Positions 22,481 through 33,670 of a DNA stretch of 64,000 nt are shown in pieces. The DNA comes from Marsupella aquatica (taxonomy: Eukaryota > Plantae > Marchantiophyta): the NCBI GenBank assembly GCA_973895155.1, contig OZ316894.1, positions 21,795,867 to 21,859,866 on the forward strand, in the 5' to 3' direction. The position numbers and the translations under genes are program-made. Position 1 is the first letter of the stretch, and the number at the start of each line of letters is the position of its first letter. The notes under the pieces are model-generated. The model was given only the letters and a program-made list of their open reading frames with translations, ran no database searches and was not told the DNA's origin.

Positions 22481-25400
22481 CCAGGACATGGACCAAGGTT
22501 GTGGATAGGGTTAAGGAGCACACTGCTTGGTAGAGCACTTTGTTAAGAAATTTTTAATTCTTTAATATGATTGGATTAACTTGTCCTAAGTTGGAGTCAG
22601 CGGCAGATGAACCTGTTAGTGGGAACACGAGTGCATCCCACAAGGATTTTGGGAATGTTATTTTGGCTCTTTTTTTCTTTGTTGAGAACCTTGTTGACTA
22701 ATTATGGTGACCTGGATTAACCAGGTTTTGAAAATGGACATTGGTGATGCAACCAAAATGATGGACTACGAGCATAAAGCCAAGGCATTATTTTCTCTGG
22801 AAGACTGTAAGGCCTAGCAGCAGCCACACAAGGACTAGAGGAAAGAATTCTTTGCAACCATGCATGGTGCAACATAAAGAGTTGCGGAGAAAACCTAGAG
22901 TCCTCTGTACAAGCCATTTGCACTCTAGTGTGTCTTTGGATCATTAGGGCAGGAAACAGGTCATCCTCATCCTTTTTCTTCTCTGTTTTTCAAAAACCAT
23001 GGCAAACTTCAGGTTCCATGGAGATTTGGGTTCCAGCTAACTCACTCCCTAATACGTTCATATCCCATCACCCACACAGTTTCGGTGCAATCTCCAACAC
23101 AAATTATGTTCTGCAAAACTTATTTTCTAGTCAAACACCTGTCATTTCCCTAATATAGCTAGCCTCAAAAACGACGCTGGGATTAAAAAGCCCCCATCAG
23201 CCCACCCATTCCTTTGTTCCTTGCCATAGCAGGTCAAGTCCAGCAGGGGGGAGTGCGGCACCCTACCGAAATTGTAACTTTGTCTGGCATCTCTGATAGT
23301 AAAAAGTCATTTTAACTTGCTTCCAGAGTTTCCCGGGTGACTATTTAAATTTTCCTGACCCAATACTTTTCTCAGTCTAGTTTTTCTTGGCAATTTCTCA
23401 TTACCTACAGTCTTCCCCAACACAGCACTGGGTCCTGTGTTAAAAAGACTTGTGTTCAAGTTAATATTGGGAAATAGGGTCCCATGACCAAAAAGTCATT
23501 TGAACTTGAACATGGATTTTTTTTAGCACAAGGTTAGGCAAAGGTGCTGTGTTTGAGCCAACAGACATTGTGTTTGAATATACTTCATACCAACTCAATA
23601 CCTTTGTATGCCATTAATTCAACTCAACTCAATTCAAATGTCACTCAAAAACAACACCAATATTCAAACAACTTCCATTTTTGAGCACAATGCCCAAAGT
23701 ACAAAAAACCAAAATTGGTCATCAAAACTTGATTAAAACACCCAGTCACACCATTCTAACATAGCTCCCCATGATCCACTATTCAAATAGAGTACTCTAT
23801 TGAGGGGAAAATGGTAGCCACAATATGTGAGTCCAATTCAAACTCTTTTAGCCTGGGTATTTCCCCTCCAATGAATTATTGGGATTGTGGGTATATGGAA
23901 GTGCCACGAAATTCCCCCAGGTTTTCCAGGCCACCGTTTTTGGGAGGTCACATTACTTACATGTACCCTTGTTCATCAAACGTTTTATATTAATTAAATA
24001 AAGTTTCTTTTTTACGAGACCCTAATTTGGGGCGTGCACGAGCATTCCCGTACCGTCAGCACGTCCTCGGTGGGGCTTGTCAAGTCCATCACACCCGCAT
24101 TCCAGGGAATTTCAAGGGGCCGTTGATTCCCCATCTGACGACCCCAAGTTGCCGATACCCGTCACGCCCGTTTGCTCCGCTGCCCATGCCCAGACTGTCA
24201 CCGACGCAGTACGACAAGGTCACTGACACGGAGGTTTTTTATCCTCGGATGTCTGGCAGCGGGCAGCGAGACAAATCGTTTCAAACAGTGACTCGACCGT
24301 TCGAAGCGGGTCTAGAGTCGTTGATATTTAAGATCGAAGGTCCGGATCTAGAGTTTCCTTATTTAATTATATCAAACAAGTGGCATCTTCTCCGACAATT
24401 TGAAATCATCCGATTGCTCCTGCCCGAACGTGATCAAAGGGTTTTATGGCATGTCGCTGTTGCGGCATGACTTGCACATGTGGAAATGAGGTATTGTGTT
24501 ATTGGTTACAGTCGTCTCCGTTTAAGTGCACAAACCGTAAATGGAAACCCTTGATAACTAAAATCCATCCGGTTTCCCATTTTAACTGACTATTTTTTAA
24601 CTGACTATTTTGGCAGTTTTTGACAATTCGGAAATGTAATGGGGATTCACTTAACAATAACTATATAAGTGCATAACCTCTATAAGGTTATAAACATTTG
24701 CGGGTGAACCTCACATTTCATTGGGCAATTATTTTCTACTTACATTTGGTGATAACTCCATTCAGGATTGCACTTGTGAGGTGTAATAGATTTGTGAGGG
24801 TAGGAGATCATAGGGTAGGGTAATAGATCAAGGTCCCGATATGACATGTGTAATGTAGGATATCACTCCATACCATGTAAATCTCCTTATCTTCTTAAAA
24901 TCAATGAGTACACATGTATATTATCACATTTTGATGTATAATTACAGGCAAAGGGAGATCACTGTTACTTAGATTAGGAAGTTAAGGAAATCATGAGAAA
25001 GTACATTGACTTAGGGCCCACGTACATCGAGGCACACTACACTATTATGGATAGTTTTTTGAAATTATAACAAAACACAATAACTACAGTAATTAAGTGA
25101 AGAGTACTGTAAGCTTCCTCTGGAGAATGTCCACTTAAAGAGAATCTATTCGACTGTTTTATTGTTGTTGCAAGAAAAGAATGAATACATTAGAAGCTGC
25201 TGTACTTTTTCAGAAGTTGTGACGATGTTGGATTCCGTAAAGGTCTTTTTCATATACAATTTTCTGTCTGGAAGGTTCTCGATTGACTTTGTTGACTCAT
25301 TATTGATGCTCTGATTTGCAACTAACAATGCTAGACTTACCGATGGATCCTGAGTTTAACCGACCCTCTTAGAGTTATGGGTGCCAAAAAGAAGAATATT

Positions 25401-26704
25401 AGTGCACATGTTTAGAATCTACAGAACTTTTAGCAACTGATTTGCTTACTTCTTATAATCTTTGACCAACGTACAGAACTATCATGTCTTCTTGTTTTTT
25501 TGGTTTGTTTTTGGTCATGCAAAGGAATTTTTAATTTATTTTTTACTTTCTGGTCATTTGAGGGACTGCAAATGTCAAGTTCACACTGTCCACCTCGTCT
25601 ACTATAGTGTTACTAATTCTATTTGGGTGTCTTTACAAAACTTGGACTGTACATGCATTAGATAGGCTTCCAAGGGTTATTTTGGGAGTGACACTATTTA
25701 CCTGCACATTAAATAGTAAGTGACTAACATTATTCGAGATGTGCAGGCAAGGACAATCCAAAACTATGCAACTGCTTATTCAAAACTGAAAAGTCAAATG
25801 ATCATAGATGTTTATTCAAAACTCAAGAGAACATTGCATTGACATACCAGGTCAGTGTAGGGAACCAGAATTCTCTAATTCTAAGACAAATAACTGGCCG
25901 GTTTGTGTATGGCACGGTAGACTTGGTGGCCAAAATTAGATTGACTATAGTGTCTCACCAAATGGGATATAAGATTAATATTGGCGAATAGCCTCAAAAA
26001 CTCTGCTAATCGTCAGGCAAATGAATTCGCATATTCAAAACTAGCAGGTCAGATGCCCATTTAGTAAAAATTCAAGAGAACATTGCACTGACTAACAATA
26101 ACCATAGGGCTACTCATAGAAAAACCAATTTGCTCATGGTGTTAGAAAAATTTCAAACTTGTCAGGTCATAGATTTACATGAACATGCTGGAATCTTGCA
26201 ATTTAAACAGAGATCCAAAAGTTATCCAAATAAATGCACAAGTCTACCAAAATACCAGCACTCTACAATCAAGGCACCTAAAAACTACTTGGGGTGTCTA
26301 GAAAGACCAAAAAGTGAAACGTTCGTCCAAAAGCAACATGTCAATATAAATTTTGGGTGTAAAGCCAGAGACAGAGTGTGTTACAGGCCATGGGGATGGA
26401 CAAAACAAACCCCTGGTCCATAGTGGCTTAATTTCAGTGAATTAGACTGGTTACTAATTGTGTTTAACATTACATGGCATATCAGACTAGTAATATGGTG
26501 AAGGGTGTAGAAAGATTCCAAGATATTGAGAGTAGAATCAATTTCAAACGTGCATTAGGTTTAGATTGATTTTCCAGAATTCACCTGTTGAATTTTCTGA
26601 ACCGGTGATTGCACGAGAATTGAAATTTCCCTTGAACATTTTATCATTTTCCATTTCTTGTTCAACATAGCTATTGCACAATGAAAATAATCCTGAAAGA
26701 TAGG

Positions 26705-27090
26705 GTTTGCCCCAGAAAGAAGAAAGCAACGTACAGTTTTGCGGCAGAAGGAACAACGAAAGGATGACTTGCGGCAGAAAGGAGAAAGAAAGGACTGTTT
26801 TGCGTCAGAAGGAAGGAAAGAAAGGACGATTTGCGGCAGAAAGAAAAAAAGCAACGTACTGTTTTGCGTCAGAAGGAAGAAAGAAAGGACTATTTTCGGC
26901 AGAAGGAAGAAAGAAAGGACGATTTTGCGGCAGAAAGTAGAAAGCAGCGTACGGTTTTGCGGCAGAAGGAAGAAGGAAGAAAGAAAGGACGCTTTGCGAC
27001 AAAAAGAATAAAGAAATGATGGTTTCCAGCACGATGAAAAAAGAAAGGACCATGCTACAGCACACAACAATAAAAGAAAGGACTCTGCGA
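26705..27090. repeat. Purine-rich minisatellite, unit about 29-33 bp
   Basis: ttttgcggcagaaggaagaaagaaaggac repeated about 10 times with variation. Confidence 0.9.
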
Positions 27091-27279
27091 AGGTCGCATT
27101 TCAAGTCCGTCAGAGGAGAATGAGAAGATACATTAGTCTCTCTATAAGTGCACACTACATAAGTGCAAAACCTGGCTAACTGCAGGGTACTGTAGAAGAG
27201 TCGTAAGAAGATCAACATTTACTCTAAAGTACCTGATTGAAACTACGGCATTTGCATTTATAAAATTAAGGGGGTTAGA

Positions 27280-27381
27280 AGAAATTACTAAATTTAAAAT
27301 AATACAAAACAAAAATCTAGACTAGGTCAAGAAATTACTAAATTTGAAATAATACAAAACAAAAGCCTAGACTAGGTCAAA
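27280..27381. repeat. Tandem duplication of 50 bp
   Basis: agaaattactaaattt.aaataatacaaaacaaaa..ctagactaggtcaa occurs twice. Confidence 0.9.
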
Positions 27382-27642
27382 TGTCCTATAAAAATCAGGA
27401 AGAGCAACATGAATAAGACAAGGTGTTCCGCCATATAGCAGCCTCGAAAAAAAGCGTACTAATAATTTCATTCTTGTGGTTGCCACTTCTCGAAGATTTT
27501 CTGCAATGCCCGGAATATCCTTCGGTGGTCGTTCAAAATTTGGTCGGCGGGAGCTCGAAATCCACCGTCGATCGCGGAGGGGTTCCCTTTCTCTAAGTAC
27601 CCTGAGGTCACGAAGGTGTCATCCAGCTACGGTCTGCGCAGC

Positions 27643-27932
27643 CGGGCACGTTGGGCCGTTGGGCAGAATCAGCAACGAAAATGCATGTTGGGCAAGTTGG
27701 GCGGAATCCAAATCGAAAACGCATGTTGGGCAGGTTGGGCAGGTTGGGCAGAGAGGGCAGATCGGGCAGTCGAAAACGAAAATGTATGCTGGGCAGGTTC
27801 AGAGCAGAATCGAAATCGAAAGTGCATGTTGGGCAAGTTGGGCAGAATACAAAACGAAAATGCATGACGGGCAGGCTAGGCAGAATCGAAAACGAAAATC
27901 GGAAAATGCATGATGTGCAGGTTCGGCAGAAT
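27643..27932. repeat. G-rich minisatellite, unit about 38 bp, likely a DNA-transposon subterminal repeat
   Basis: gcatgttgggcaagttgggcagaatc...cgaaaat recurs about 6 times, with an internal 9-bp gggcaggtt sub-repeat. Confidence 0.85.
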
Positions 27933-28958
27933 ATACATGATTGCTTTTGAATAGTTATTAGTTACTATTTGCAGCACCGCCACTCTGCCAACAATGCGGC
28001 CATGGGTGGGAGACGGCAGGCAATTATTGTCACATGGTCATACTGTACTTGACATATAGTCATATACACATGCTCATACCTTTCGTGCTTATTTTGAGAA
28101 ACACCAAAATTAAATGTGAATAAGAGCCATTGTGTTGAGGTATTCTATAATGCAAGCAAACAGAAATTTTGTTAACAAAGAGAGTGTTGTTAATAGTGAG
28201 ACTAGTGTTGTTAGTGAGACACTAGTAATTTTAAATTTGCTTTTGCTGTATTTTATATTTTTTGTGTTTGCTAGCAAAACAAGAAGTCTAAAAAAATGGA
28301 TGTTATCAACCAGGTTGTTGTTAGCAAGGCAATTGGATATAGAAAACAGATGTATCTTTGAAGAACATTTTGTATTGCAGTATCCTAGGGGACTAATTAG
28401 GGCAGTTTTGAAAGTGTGGGCTCTATTAAGGCAGAAGTTGTCATAGCCGGGCCCATCAAGCATACCAGGGACATATTCAAGGTCAAAGTTGGCTGTTAAA
28501 CAAAAATTGGAAACAGGAAGGGTGTCAACAACAGAAAGTGTAAAGGGTGTCACAGTTCATGGGGGTTGAATGTTATGTGATCCATCACTGAAACATAAAT
28601 ATATAGTCACATTGCTTAATTATTCAAGTGAGTTTCAGCATGCACGTCATCCCTTCAATACAAACTTATATTTTCATTGGATGGAATCCTTGCACCAGGA
28701 TTCAACTTCGAAAACACTCCTCTGTTGAATTCTTACATTACAAACAGTTCCAGGGTTTAGGGACAGGGAATCCTTCATTATCCTTGATCCATAAGGCTAA
28801 GTCAGTGCCTTCTCTCAAGCACAATTTAAGCTACTGCGGCCTTCAAAAGCGCAAGACACCAAAACCCACTTATTCAGAAACAGAATTCGCAGCACTGGTA
28901 TTCATTAGTCAGCCACAGCAAGAAAACTGTCCACACCTGAACCTGACCATTTAAATGA

Positions 28959-29099
28959 TAGATAACATATTGATTGCAGGCTCAGGTCCTCCCCATTCAC
29001 AAAAGGTTTAGCTCCATTAACTGCAATGTTAGATAACATATTGATTGCAAGCTCAGGTCCTCCCCTTTCACAAAAGGTCTAGCCCCATTAACTGTAATA
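28959..29099. repeat. 72-bp tandem duplication in the MTN 3' UTR
   Basis: agataacatattgattgca.gctcaggtcctcccc.ttcacaaaaggt.tagc.ccattaactg.aat at 28959 and 29031. Confidence 0.9.
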
Positions 29100-29119
29100 G
29101 TCAAATCACGTCACCTCAT

Positions 29120-31759
29120 CTACAGGGCACTCAGATTCCGTTCACTCAGATGGTCAAACACCTTGGGAATCGTCTCAGTGAGAGCTTTTGCAGCTGTAGA
29201 TAAATTCTCGAGAAACTCCTCTGTCGTTGGCCTATCTCCATCTACTATATCAGTAACTGTCTTCAACAAGACTAATGGAACTCCAAGAATATCTGCAACG
29301 TAGGCGACTGCAGCACCCTGCACGAGGAACAAACACATACATCAATCAATCTGGGACACCGTTAATACTTTTAGCGCACATAACAAAGTAAGCAGCATAT
29401 GAAGACAATAACAATCTTCCTGCGATCAACTTATCATCTATCCCTCATGCAAGCGGAAGATACAAACCTCCATGTCCTTGAGTGCCGCGTCATTGCTCAG
29501 AATAATCTCCTCATCTTTAGGAGTGATGTCAAGTGAATTGCCAGTGGATAGTTTACCCTCCTGACATGTTTAAAAGAGAGCATCAACAAAAATCCAGCCT
29601 CCAAGCGAGATTTCTAATCGGAGTCTCAATTCTGGAAGACACTGAGGGAAAGCCATAGAGAACTGACCACCTTTGCTGCTCGCTGACTTTTGATACATTT
29701 CTTAATGTGGAAGATTTCGATTAGTTAGGACTCCCTGGGTATTCAGTTATACTTTGTTTTCTAAAGGAAAAACACACCTTCAAAGCGAGTCCCTTCACAA
29801 GGTTCGGTGCAGGAGTTGCTACCAAAGCACCGATTCCATATCCTACGAAATTCTGCAGTGTCCCAAAGAATCCATTAATTGCAAGACGCAGCAAACTATA
29901 GTAGAGTATCGTGTATTACAGAATCCTCTGTTAGCAGTTACAGGTACCCTTTTCCCAGCATATTTTACCAAAAATGGCTAATCACTTGGTCACTAGAAGT
30001 CATTCACACAAGTGATCCAAAGATTAAGGAAGGCAGGTAATTTTACTCCGATAGGTATCCTCCGATCATGATTGGCCGTCTCTGTTACAACGAATACGTC
30101 ACCAATTTTCGCTCCCTTCCTCTGAAAATGCACAGAAAACGTTTATGGAGAAATGATATTACACCGAAAGATGAACTGACAGTTTCTACAGTGCTTTGCT
30201 TCGAACAGTAAACAATAAAATGGCAAACGATGCATTTCAAGTACATACAGTCTCAAGTATGTTCTCAAAAAATCCCTGGATGGAGAGTGAACTAGCAAAG
30301 AATCTATAGTCAATACGCTTTGACACTACCGTAAGACAATTCTCCAAAGTGAAATTAGGGCATGACACAAGCACTGGCGACACAGATTTCCTGCATCCCT
30401 GGGGAGTCGTGACACTAGAACCCCGCATAGTCGAAGGCGGCATCACGAGATCTAAAGCCCGCGAGTTTCCAGCAACTTTGTACCGATGACTCGAACTACG
30501 ATGAGAGGAACTTACCTTAAAACCACCAGCTGTCCCAGCATTTATAATCAAGTCTGGTTTCACAGCCTGAACAGCTGCAAAGGTCATCAAGGACGCAGGA
30601 ACCGTCCCAACGTGGTCCACATCTGTTCCGAACGAGATCAAGGCAAAAGCATCCATCGACTTAGTGTCTATCGGTCGTTTCCGTTGCAGCAAATTCATAT
30701 TTCAGCCAGTGAGGACTAGAATGAAATGGACAGACAGAAAAATCAGTAATGTATTGACTTGTGAACTTTATTCAACAAACACATACCGTAGATTTCATCC
30801 TTTCCAGCGGTAATCGCGTGAACATTGATCTTCTTGTATACACCAGAATACTTCACCCATGGTACACCAGCAGGGAACCTACGCGAAGGAAGTCAAGTCA
30901 CTCGCTGATAAGGTGGGCACATAGAAATTCTTAAGTCCATAGATCCAGTGCAGGATCATTGTCCAAAAGGTCAGCACCTGGCATTCACGAAGTACCTACA
31001 ATCTACCACATATCCTAGTATTGTATTCCAATTCACATGACATTCACAGACCCTAGATGCATTTAAAACGCAAAGAATTGCACAGTCGGAATTCAGCTTT
31101 TGATAGTTCACATTTTAAGGGTGATGAGCACTTACACTGATACGGAGTCTTCAACTAATTTCAGCCTTTCCACCAAGGGGGCTAATTCCGCGTGCAAAGC
31201 TGTCCCCATTCACCCACATTTCAGTTAAAGAAATGCCTTACTTGTCACGACAGAAGAAATTAGATTTCCTACTGTAGCTCTCATGTAGCAATCTGCTGAA
31301 AACTCACAAAGAATCGACTGAACGAACAATTAGCTGATTCGACGTGATCTCACGCTGCTCAGAGAAAGGTAGTCGCCCAAGGTGAATGCAAGAACACAGA
31401 GTACTGCGAGGCACCATGTGGTGCTCAGAGAACAAGTGGTCTGAACAATTGATGCTCTATGGACTTTCGAGCGCGAGGATAAGTGCACGCCCATCATTTT
31501 GAAGACAGATAAGTGATATAACAATAAGAAACGGACCTCGGAAAGCTGGCCCAATTGCAACAAAATCCTAGTCCCTAATCCGAAAGCAGATTGATCAAAA
31601 CTCAAAAGGGCCACAGTGCTGTCGAAGAGATGAACTGCAAGCTGCACTGGGCACGACAATGGGGGACGGAAAGCCAAGCAATTACATACCTACGACCACC
31701 AAAACTGTCGATATCGGTTTGTCTGGCAGTGTTGATCCGTTCAAAGCAACGGGAGCCAT
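29120..31759 (-). CDS. MTN: 5'-methylthioadenosine/S-adenosylhomocysteine nucleosidase, 8 exons
   Basis: Exons 31759-31690, 31199-31136, 30878-30787, 30622-30516, 30121-30047, 29852-29778, 29560-29468, 29317-29120. Reads MAPVALNG...FPAGVPWV...VGTVPASL...PDLIINAGTAGGFK...HDRRIPI...GKLSTGNSLD...KDME|GAAVAYVA...VTDIVDGDRPTTEEFLENL, the plant MTN signature motifs. Confidence 0.96.
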
Positions 31760-33114
31760 CGCTGCCTCTCTCTCTTCCTCTCCCTCTCTTTCCCCCTGCC
31801 CTCAGCCCCTCTGCCCCCTCCAGACGAGTGACGAATTTATCCCGACGCGAAGGACAAGACTCTCAATGACTGCAAATCTACAGTATGCGTGCCGTTCTGG
31901 ATCGTTGTGTCCTGCTCGAGAAACACACAAAGGCTGGAAGTAGGTAGAACGTAACTCGATTGCTCGATGGACTGCACCTGGTCGTCGTCTTGGTCCTGTT
32001 CAAAAGCTACAGGTGAGATTCCTTCAAAAGAACACTTTAATTAATTGGTCAATCGTAGGGAGATGGGTAGCCATGACGAGTACCCACCTCCCCATTTTGT
32101 CTTATTTTGATTTCACCGGTCAGTGGCGAGTACCCAGCTCCTCAATTGATCTTATTTTGATTCACAGGTCAGGAACTCAGGGGCCGGAAAGTTCCCAGCT
32201 CCTTGGTTCTCCACTATATATGCAAGCAAACCGTGCAATCAAACCTGCCTGACAAGGAGGTTGAGGCATAAAATTCTGGGTCAATGTCTGAATGCCATCG
32301 ATTAAATTGAGGGCTGCCATTTGCAAGGTGGCTCTAGTCTCCACGACCATCGATAATTATATTAGCCGTATCGTTGAATTCGATGTACAGGGTTTGGGGT
32401 GTGTACCTGCTGTTCCTTACTTCTGGCGCACTGATCGACTCGGTTTAGCGCATCCAGGGAAACTCTCCTATGATGAGAGGGAATACTGAGGCAAGGATCT
32501 CGTTATATACTCGGAGGGGCAGATTTTCAGAGACCGACTAAGGGCAGAAAGGATGCGCACATCCTTTTGAAACTCTGCTGCGGTTGGCAGGAAATGAAGA
32601 CCGGCCAATGACAAAGTGAGATGAAGCGTACAGACTGACCACAGACTACAGTACATATTTGTGGAACTTCTGTGATTTTGTCGACCTGGATTCTCTAGAT
32701 GCAAAATTCTATCTTCTTCTAGGTAAGTTGTCAAATGATTGCATAGAGATGAACAATGAAGCGGCAAACAAGGTTGAGCCTGAGGCTGTGTTCGTGGTAG
32801 GCTATATAAGACGTTATCCATTTTCCATTATTTAGGTTTTTAGTGGCTACCAATGGGTGACTAACCAACGAAAGTACGTGCATCTCAGTTAAACCACCAC
32901 CACTGGGCATATATATATATATAGAGAAAGATAAGTGTCCTATACTTCTCCCTTTTTCATATTACTCTTTGTAGGGTAAGACTTCACAATTTCAGGAAAA
33001 AGGTGGATCCAAGTTTTGTCATGGGCAATGGTGCTTTAAGGGCTGTCCAGTCCCATGTTAGAAATCTACCACGTACCTAAATTCACCTAGTAGCTCTTGA
33101 TCCAAACAGAGAGC

Positions 33115-33305
33115 ACATTTCTCTCACGTAAGCTACTCTAGCTCCTATGCAGAGAGGACATTTCTCTTACGTCGAGCTGCAGCATCGCCCACCGACGGGA
33201 TCCAGCTTTGGTTCAGTATCAGATATTCAGATGAATTGCTGCAAAACAAATATCTCTCACGCTGAGCTGCAGCATCTCCCACCGATTCGGGATCCAGCTT
33301 CGGTC
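33115..33305. repeat. Short tandem duplication (2 full copies plus a partial one)
   Basis: tctct.acg..gagctgcagcatc.cccaccga..cgggatccagctt at about 33162 and 33253. Confidence 0.75.
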
Positions 33306-33378
33306 CTGTATGAGAGAGATTCAGATAATTTGTTGCGAAGCTGAAGAAACAGGGAGATGTATTTTAGGCCACTATTTT

Positions 33379-33670
33379 TTGGAGGGATTTGTTTGATCAG
33401 ACCCCAAAATGAAGTAACTCCATAGACGCCTGAGTGATCCACACGTTGATTGACCTTAAATCAAAGTACCCAAAACTCCCTGAGTGATCCAGATCGAGAC
33501 TGTTGATTGACCTTCAATCAAAGTACCCAAAACTCCCCCAAAAGAAGTTACTCGATAGACCCCTGAGTAATCCAGCCAGTCGATCGACCTTGAATCAAAT
33601 TACCCAAAACTTCAGGGTCCTATCAAGTAACCCAATTCATTTTGGGGTCAGATCAAGCAAATCCCTCCAA
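33379..33670. mobile_element. MITE with about 35-bp terminal inverted repeats and internal direct repeats
   Basis: Left ttggagggatttgtttgatcagaccccaaaatgaa pairs with right ttcattttggggtcagatcaagcaaatccctccaa (2 mismatches). Inside are three copies of gattgacctt.aatcaaa.tacccaaaact. No convincing TSD. Confidence 0.8.

Noticed and set aside
15500-26600. Hidden protein-coding gene in the 11-kb gene-free interval
   Set aside because: Only short motif-less ORFs, CpG-depleted decayed TE fragments and local duplications; I could not build a consistent exon chain.
26561-27950. Many overlapping ORFs on both strands
   Set aside because: Translations of the two minisatellites.
28110-28553. Pair of antiparallel ORFs (147 and 104 aa)
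   Set aside because: Non-ATG starts, AT-rich low complexity and no recognisable motif or supporting exons.
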